Shown: in pieces, positions 58,901-64,000 of the stretch
How positions within the stretch are numbered: position 1 is the first letter of the stretch
Layout of the letters: the number at the start of each line of letters is the position of its first letter
From: Bryobacterales bacterium
GTDB taxonomy: Bacteria; Acidobacteriota; Terriglobia; Bryobacterales; UBA6623
Direction of reading: 5' to 3'
NCBI GenBank assembly: GCA_965226385.1
Contig: OZ245359.1
Coordinates: 3,090,545-3,154,544 of the forward strand
DNA: 64,000 bases
Translations under genes and position numbers: made by a program
Notes under the pieces: generated by a model
The model's input: the letters and a program-made list of their open reading frames with translations, nothing else
Told to the model about the DNA's origin: nothing
The model's database searches: none

Positions 58901-59146
58901 TTCCTGGAAGCGTTTTGCCGCAGCAATCCGCTGGGGTGAATTTGTCAGCTTTGCAATTTGCTCTACGTAATCTTGTGGCCAGATGCGATAGAAGAATTCG
59001 ATCCGGTGGCTGAAATCGTCTGCAATGCGAGCCTTGTCGTCCGTGGCAACAATCTTGTGCGCTTTCTCTTCAAGAGCGAAGAAGTAACGTGGATCCCCAA
59101 AGTCTTGCCAAGCGCGCTCCAGTATCTCGGCAGCAAATTTGAACAC
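55943..59146 (-). CDS. Large uncharacterised protein: prenyltransferase/terpene-cyclase-like repeats, HEAT-like repeats, beta-rich module, C-terminal CXXCH domain; probably the 3' part of a longer gene
   Basis: 1067 codons from a GTG start, with no signal peptide. LQHEDGGWGF and LLQNQYPYGLWN are alpha/alpha-toroid repeat motifs. The heme motif CISCH lies at 56228-56242. It is in frame with the upstream ORF across a single TAG. Confidence 0.6.
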   Translation of the reverse strand: MFKFAAEILERAWQDFGDPRYFFALEEKAHKIVATDDKARIADDFSHRIEFFYRIWPQDYVEQIAKLTNSPQRIAAAKRFQEDFKNMVSKDLRRVLALQHEDGGWGFIPGHENEDGEWVRPADNSYPAPTAVSLIALEAAGYRPDDPVIQKGVQWLLQNQYPYGLWNAAAATGFVTTAYVLRALGRLYPNKPQEQSSEEFEPRADNSFLASLMRARNAQATGDPRFADLYIKAAQSSHPQVRLYGLLGLGGARVPAAVPTLVQHFDDPVKSCREAAFWSLRQLLLDDVGWEALFDTYRNGNDRARQSVFHALITRAYLAGSNSKADSTELTSVLTAGMVDHHPGVRAYASKAAWHWWVWNPSLREPINRAWLDVLTRPEPEANVDMALRYSTISLFIVNGQMNNITSDKYLEQQYPELSTLYQDLALWRESATVEERRLVDRRLTAMAASHYMERSNQQSPGQFAYSTPGAAELYGKAVLEVYENEIEGKTPWKTIALEGARNITYQPLQDTILELLLTADQDIVAIAARALSNPGELSLPALTSMLEPLLRVMTQYAAAGRELDADAVANFLARVKWDFEGIAEDEESAFYRMLQGISETARSNREVIPASSLGRPATQTGLGDTTKLPKNLVARILGENRTLHRKEAFSHLSSDPRLWLDSTEWMLSYQEGGPTLDEAIEGALEAEELEITQLTFGRTTEQTIPGGVASHNGALLWEEGKTGAQLSFALEVPQPGSYDLIGAFLYGASHGIVEISFNGRVIAEHLDLYRPEVTSTGPMALGVFELPKGRSVLTIKMFGTSEVAEPEYKFGIDYLKLAPNLSAEIISEQDGPGGEGIDPIIAAKIHVLDMFIRWFSPDTPVEIREIAVNLAGAPALRRNPELRKTVMSYVEQEPVAIIRTRLENLLANDDEQYGKDLRDLIKQEAQDSSKTIVRRLEPTDEFIQDILYFKDHVFFEMNKISEHDNHACISCHGVPGRVPTLYLNPPDGAGHIGPAELLANYRKLQERVEIDNPELSLFLRKPLNIQSGQEEGHQGGQRYEPDDDGFQILHNWVLKQAELQGNSDIQ

Positions 59147-59206
59147 GACGTTCGGTCCGAAGTTCGAGCCTCGCCCAGCCGCATTGATGCCCTTCGGATC
59201 CGCGGT

Positions 59207-60721
59207 CTAGAGTATGTAGTTGGCGGTGCGCCGTTGCCAGTGTGCATGCAGTTTCTTCGGGGTATGAGTGCGTTCGTGAAGAACGATATTCCTGCCCGCT
59301 ACACGCGTACCGGCGGGGCCGTCGCCGAGGTCATTGGGCGCTACGCTTGTGTTCACGGCGGCGTCTTTGAGTTTGTTGGTCAGCCGTAGCGACTCGTACA
59401 TGGTGTTAACGACGCGCCTGTAGTTCTGCTCGACCCCATCTGGTCGGTAGCCGTTCCGAAAGGCATCCGCAACTCCCCACACACCGCTTTGGGTGTGGCA
59501 ACTCATGCAGTTCTCGCCGAAAAGGGCAGTGGCATCTCGCACCCTGCGGTGAGATGCGATGTTACGGGGCCGATGGATCAACCACGCATCAATCTCGGCG
59601 AGGTGATAAAAGATACCCTGTTGCACCGCCTGTACCGGATCGTCGTAGGGAGCAGGATTGAACAGCCTTACCTGCATCTCGTAATGTGGCTGATTCGCTT
59701 CGACCCGCAGGTAGTAGGTGTGCCCGGGTTCGAGCTTGCGGGTTATAAAGCTTCTGAACGAACGATCCTGCTGATGGGCCCGTTCATTGATAGCCCGCCC
59801 TTGTTCATAGGTATACACCTGAACGGGACCTGGAATGGTCGTGGCTGGTGGATGAACGTATGGCAGTGGATTGAAATTGGAGAAGTCAAAGGAGTTCGGT
59901 ACATCGCGCTTCTGTAACTCTTCCTCGCTCGGAACACCTTCCCTGTAGAACCGAATCCTGGGACTCACAACCGGCTCCACTAGCTGCAGGTTTGCGCTCA
60001 GAAACTTCGGGCTGTCGCCCTTGTAATGTATGCGGTACCAGTCATCGGGAGTCTTGCCTGCGCGGGTATTGTTGTAGTACTCAATGTCGTCCGCTCCCCC
60101 GATGACATGCATGACCTGGTCTTCTTCGGAAGGCTCGAACAACAGGTCGATTGCCTGTTCCGGTGCGTTGTTCGGTTCTGCTTCCAGTACCAGTTCCTGA
60201 CTTGCGAGTGCCTCGACAGGATGCAAGTCAATTGTGATTTGCGACCCATTCACGTGTGGGGTACTTGTTGGCAATGGAGTAGTAAGAGGCGCCAACCCGG
60301 TGTCGTGGGGAATTTCTCCGAGCGGTTGGGGGTGCTCCTCAAGGCTCTTGAGCTTTAGCGTGTAAGTCCCGGAAATCGGGGCCCTGTAGACGAGATAAAC
60401 ATCCGGGTCAAGAGCATGCAGTACCTTGGACCAATCGGTGGTGGCACTGACCCCTTCGCCACGTTCTGCTTTGTAAGTAAATTGTGGCAGATCAGGTCCA
60501 TCCCAGACTGCTTCGATCCGGGAATTTGGTAACAGGGCAGAAGGTTGGTCGATCCGTTCACTCAACTCCAGTGCATCGCCCTCCTCCAATGTCCAGCTCC
60601 GGGTCCAGGGACTGTCAAGGGTATGCGTTTCTGAGAACTCAACAACGGCTGCGCTCGCCAAGGTAACCCCAAAAAACAGCAGGAAAGAAGTGAGGAAACG
60701 AGTAGTAGAGCAAGGCCTCAT
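59207..60721 (-). CDS. Secreted uncharacterised protein with pre-peptidase-C-terminal-like (EPNN..A / DWYR) domains and one CXXCH motif
   Basis: The start is taken at MRPCSTTRFLTSFLLFFGVTLASA (signal/anchor). LEAEPNNAPEQAIDL...DDWYRIHY resembles PPC/collagenase-type beta domains. The heme motif CMSCH lies at 59495-59509. It ends in TAG at 59207-59209. Confidence 0.6.
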   Translation of the reverse strand: MRPCSTTRFLTSFLLFFGVTLASAAVVEFSETHTLDSPWTRSWTLEEGDALELSERIDQPSALLPNSRIEAVWDGPDLPQFTYKAERGEGVSATTDWSKVLHALDPDVYLVYRAPISGTYTLKLKSLEEHPQPLGEIPHDTGLAPLTTPLPTSTPHVNGSQITIDLHPVEALASQELVLEAEPNNAPEQAIDLLFEPSEEDQVMHVIGGADDIEYYNNTRAGKTPDDWYRIHYKGDSPKFLSANLQLVEPVVSPRIRFYREGVPSEEELQKRDVPNSFDFSNFNPLPYVHPPATTIPGPVQVYTYEQGRAINERAHQQDRSFRSFITRKLEPGHTYYLRVEANQPHYEMQVRLFNPAPYDDPVQAVQQGIFYHLAEIDAWLIHRPRNIASHRRVRDATALFGENCMSCHTQSGVWGVADAFRNGYRPDGVEQNYRRVVNTMYESLRLTNKLKDAAVNTSVAPNDLGDGPAGTRVAGRNIVLHERTHTPKKLHAHWQRRTANYIL

Positions 60722-60848
60722 AGTTCTGTGGACTCGCATGGACTTCGGGAAATCAGGTTCGGGTAAATCATAGCACCGCATCCTGGAGTGAATCTCATCA
60801 TTTGGCTCCAACATTCAATTATCACTTGATGGCTGAGCCTGTAAGGAT

Positions 60849-61592
60849 TCAGAGAGTACGGAGGTGGAATCCACCGTCAACATCAAGTACCTGACCGGTA
60901 GAGTAATCCAGTTGTCCATCGGCAATTGAACGCACTACCCGGGCGACGTCCGCAGTGCTTCCCAGTCGTCCTTGCGGCAGCAGACCATCAGCAGCCAGTT
61001 GCTGGTACTTGGCAAGCACTGGAGCAACCATATCGGTTTCAATGATTCCTGGCCGGATCTCGAACACATTGATGCCCTCCCCGGCCAATCTGCTTGCAAA
61101 TAATTGCACTGCCATGCTTAGTCCGGCTTTAGAAATGCAATATTCGCCACGGTTCATGGATGCGGTGTATGCAGAGATCGATGTGATGAACACGATCTTG
61201 CCAGACGACTGTTCCAGCATTAGTCTGGAGGCAGCCTGAGTGAGAAAATAGGGACCTTTCAGGTTGGTGTTGAGTACTTCGTCAAAGCTCTCTTCGCTTG
61301 CATTCAGGATGTCGTTACGTTCCCGGGGAGCCATGCCGGCGTTGTTCACCAGCAAGTCCAGGCGACCATACTCGGACTTGACATGGTTGATTAGATTCTG
61401 GCGATCTTCACCTGAACCCACATCCATTTGAAAAATCCCGGCACCACATTCCTGCTGCAGGCTTTCAGCTGCTTCCAGATTGCCCCGGTAGGTCCCAAGT
61501 ACTTCGTGCGTTCTTGCCAGCTCCATGGCGATGGCACGACCGATGCCACGACTGGCACCTGTAACTAAAGCAGTGGGCCTTGCATCTGCCAT
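60849..61592 (-). CDS. Short-chain dehydrogenase/reductase (3-oxoacyl-ACP reductase-like)
   Basis: TALVTGASRGIGRAIA is the TGxxxGxG motif. NNAG and SISAYTASMNRGEYCISKAG (YxxxK) are also present. The start is taken at MADARP. Confidence 0.85.
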   Translation of the reverse strand: MADARPTALVTGASRGIGRAIAMELARTHEVLGTYRGNLEAAESLQQECGAGIFQMDVGSGEDRQNLINHVKSEYGRLDLLVNNAGMAPRERNDILNASEESFDEVLNTNLKGPYFLTQAASRLMLEQSSGKIVFITSISAYTASMNRGEYCISKAGLSMAVQLFASRLAGEGINVFEIRPGIIETDMVAPVLAKYQQLAADGLLPQGRLGSTADVARVVRSIADGQLDYSTGQVLDVDGGFHLRTL

Positions 61593-61634
61593 GGCTGTTC
61601 TCCAGTATTTTCCTGCATTCTGTACGCGTGGCAA

Positions 61635-63059
61635 TCAGACCAGGATTGGCTGTACGATCTCGCCGTGTACATCGGTCAGCCGAAAATGTCTGCCTTGGTA
61701 CTTGAAGGTCAGCTTCTTGTGATCAACCCCTAGCAAATGCAGAATGGTTGCGTGCAGGTCGTGAACGCTGACGGGGTTTTCGGCGATGTTGTAGGAAAAA
61801 TCATCCGTGGTTCCATAGCTCATGCCTCCACGGATTCCACCACCGGCTAGCCACACAGAGAAACAGCGGGGGTGATGATCCCTGCCGTATACCTCTTGAG
61901 TCAGTTTTCCCTGGCAGTAGACAGTGCGACCAAACTCCCCGCCCCAGACAACAAGCGTTTCATCCAACAGTCCGCGTTGTTCCAGATCCTTGACCAGTGC
62001 AGCGGATGCCTGGTCCGTCTGCCCGGTTCTGGATGTCAGGTTTTGTGGCAGGTTGCTGTGATGGTCCCAACCACGGTGAAAGAGCTGTACACAGCGCACC
62101 CCTCGCTCCACGAGCCGACGTGCCAGCAGGCAGTTACTGGCGTAGGTTCCCGGTTTGCGGGAATCATCGCCATACATTTCGAACACATGTTCGGGCTCCG
62201 AACTTAAATCCGTCAGTTCAGGAACTGAGGCTTGCATCCTGTAAGCCATTTCATATTGGTCGATGCGGTTCTCAATCTCGGGGTCGCCGTACTCGTCAAA
62301 CCGCAGTTTGTTGAGTGCTGACAGGTCCTCAAGATAATGGCGTCTGTCCTCACGGCTGAACCCTTCGGGATTATTGAGATACAGTACCGGCTCACGTCCT
62401 GCCCGGAACTTGACGCCCTGGTAGCGGGTTGGCAGGAAGCCGCTTCCCCAGAGTCGGGAATAAAGTGGTTGCCCTGAACTGCCCAGGGAAACCATCACAA
62501 CAAAAGAAGGCAGATTGCTGCTTTCGCTCCCCAGTCCATAGGACAACCAGGAGCCCAGACTCGGTCGTCCGGCCAACTGGTACCCTGTCTGCAGGAACGT
62601 GATGGCCGGATCGTGGTTGATCTGCTCAGTGTGCATCGAGCGGATCACAGAAATCTTCTCACCAATGGATGCTATGTGCGGTATTACCTCGCTGAATTGC
62701 TGACCTGTTGCTTGATTGCGGATGAAATTGAACTTTGAAGCTGCAACCGGGAAACTGGTCTGTGCTGCAGTCATGCCAGTGAGGCGCTGTCTTCCCCGGA
62801 TCGAATCAGGCAACTCGGATCCCTGCATGTTGGAAAGCGCAGGTTTCGGATCGTACAGATCCATCTGTGAAGGCCCACCGGACTGGAACAAGTAGATGAC
62901 TCGTTTGGCTTTCGGGGCAAAGTGGGGTAGCCCTTGGGGTGCTGTCGCAGCTCCAAGATCTTCTTGCAGCAGGTTGGATATGGCAGCAATCCCCAGACCG
63001 CTCGCTGTGCGTGAGAAGAAATGCCTGCGGGTGTGCTCAAGCCAGATTTTACTGTTCAT
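61635..63059 (-). CDS. DUF1501 domain protein (sulfatase-like fold) with Tat signal
   Basis: TRRHFFSRTASGLGIAAISNLL, FQSGGPSQMDLYDPKP and WGGEFGRT...GRDHH are classic DUF1501 blocks. Confidence 0.85.
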   Translation of the reverse strand: MNSKIWLEHTRRHFFSRTASGLGIAAISNLLQEDLGAATAPQGLPHFAPKAKRVIYLFQSGGPSQMDLYDPKPALSNMQGSELPDSIRGRQRLTGMTAAQTSFPVAASKFNFIRNQATGQQFSEVIPHIASIGEKISVIRSMHTEQINHDPAITFLQTGYQLAGRPSLGSWLSYGLGSESSNLPSFVVMVSLGSSGQPLYSRLWGSGFLPTRYQGVKFRAGREPVLYLNNPEGFSREDRRHYLEDLSALNKLRFDEYGDPEIENRIDQYEMAYRMQASVPELTDLSSEPEHVFEMYGDDSRKPGTYASNCLLARRLVERGVRCVQLFHRGWDHHSNLPQNLTSRTGQTDQASAALVKDLEQRGLLDETLVVWGGEFGRTVYCQGKLTQEVYGRDHHPRCFSVWLAGGGIRGGMSYGTTDDFSYNIAENPVSVHDLHATILHLLGVDHKKLTFKYQGRHFRLTDVHGEIVQPILV

Positions 63060-63062
63060 TGT

Positions 63063-64000
63063 CTATTCACGCGTAATGGTTTCATCAAGGTTGAGCAGCA
63101 TGCTTGCTACTGCTGTGTAGGCAGCCAGTTCTGCAGTCTGAATAGATTTGTTGCGGGGATGCTCCCCGACAGACAGGTATTTTCCTGCATCTTCAGGAGT
63201 AGTCAGGTAGCGGTCCCGGTAACGGTTCAGGGTTGAGAGCAGGATGCGGTTCTCACTTTCAGCAGGTTGACGTGCCGTGGCTAGCAGGAAACCATAAGAC
63301 AGCCGTGTCTGGTCATTGTCCCCGCCTTCCAACAGCATTCGTTCGGCATATAAACGGGCAGCCTCGTTGTAGGTGGGGTCGTTCATCAGATTCAGTGCCT
63401 GTATTGGTGTATTGGTACGAACCTCCTGCACCACACAGGTCTCCCGCGGTGAGGCGTCGAATGCCAGCATGGCTGGCGGCCCCAGTGTGCGCTTCCAGAA
63501 AGTGTAAAGACTGCGGCTGTAAAGGTTCTTGCCGTGATCGTTTTCGTAGGCTTTCCAGTTGGAAAGTTCTTTCCACAGTCCAGTGGGCTGGTAAGGCTTG
63601 ACGGATGGGCCTCCAGACCCCGTCGACAGCAGTCCGGCAATGGACAGAGCCTGGTCCCGGATGGATTCTGCAGGGAGTCTCTGCCTGGGAGCACGTGCCA
63701 GCAGCAGGTTCTCGGGGTCTTTTTCGGACAGTTCCGGAGTCAGCTTCGAGGACTGACGATAAGTGGCACTTGTAACGATTGTCCGTAGCAAATGCTTGAT
63801 ATCCCAGCCGCTTTCAATGAAATCGACAGCAAGCCAGTCCAGCAGTTTCGGATGTGAGGGAGGCGCACCCTGGGAACCAAAATCCTCCACAGTCGAGACA
63901 ATTCCCCTTCCGAACAGCATCTGCCAGAATCGATTGACGGTGACTCGTGATGTCAACGGATGTTGTTGGTCGGTCAGCCAGTGAGCGAGTCCCAGCCGGT
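63063..64000 (-). CDS. DUF1553 (PSD1) domain protein, C-terminal part; 5' end beyond the window
   Basis: The frame is open to nt 64000. NPLTSRVTVNRFWQMLFGRGIVSTVEDFGSQGAPPSHPKLLDWLA is the canonical DUF1553 motif. Pairing with DUF1501 is typical. Confidence 0.8.
   Translation of the reverse strand, partial: RLGLAHWLTDQQHPLTSRVTVNRFWQMLFGRGIVSTVEDFGSQGAPPSHPKLLDWLAVDFIESGWDIKHLLRTIVTSATYRQSSKLTPELSEKDPENLLLARAPRQRLPAESIRDQALSIAGLLSTGSGGPSVKPYQPTGLWKELSNWKAYENDHGKNLYSRSLYTFWKRTLGPPAMLAFDASPRETCVVQEVRTNTPIQALNLMNDPTYNEAARLYAERMLLEGGDNDQTRLSYGFLLATARQPAESENRILLSTLNRYRDRYLTTPEDAGKYLSVGEHPRNKSIQTAELAAYTAVASMLLNLDETITRE

Noticed and set aside
60849-63059. DUF1501 and SDR ORFs are contiguous in the same frame across a TGA (61635-61637): a possible fusion or second Sec site
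   Set aside because: The in-frame continuation is only a TTG-started track artefact. The SDR has its own ATG (61592) just before the Rossmann motif, DUF1501 ends at its normal C-terminus, and the TGA is not at any catalytic position.

Overview
This is a bacterial chromosomal window with two kinds of sequence. The backbone has moderate G+C and is densely coding. It carries three formylglycine-type sulfatases, a Tat-exported PaoABC-like molybdoenzyme operon, a run of four glycosyltransferases, and a DinG-like helicase. It also carries hemW, pdxS/pdxT, a thiolase, tRNA-Arg(ACG), the ffh-rpsP-KH-rimM-trmD-rplS operon, a Kelch-fused Na+/solute symporter, a MATE pump and a DUF1553/DUF1501 pair. That gene content resembles PVC/Planctomycetota or Acidobacteriota, but lineage cannot be proven from the sequence alone. 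Two patchwork accessory regions interrupt the backbone, at about 9.9-15.4 kb and 36.65-47.24 kb. By eye they contain markedly higher-G+C segments. They hold pseudogenes, IS remnants (IS1380-like, IS4-like with a DUF4338 ORF, IS21-like, IS1595-like), a cytochrome c-PQQ dehydrogenase, an acidobacterial-style TonB-dependent receptor and a TonB. The two regions share two repeat families. The most notable observations are: (1) a Tat-signal peroxiredoxin with an in-frame UGA exactly at the peroxidatic Cys position, followed by a hairpin, so it is a candidate exported selenoprotein; (2) two large uncharacterised ORFs (55943-60814) that share one reading frame across a single TAG and together look like one ~1600-codon exported mono-heme protein of unknown function; (3) a nested IS structure in which a complete IS4-like element with 12-bp inverted repeats carries a DUF4338 (DruA-type) ORF overlapping its DDE transposase; (4) a 25-nt poly-C tract at an IS junction. 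I found no CRISPR array, rRNA or complete known defence system. The ORF track uses GTG/TTG starts written as M, and many long track ORFs in the high-G+C segments are shadow frames. All family assignments come from reading motifs by eye and need database confirmation.
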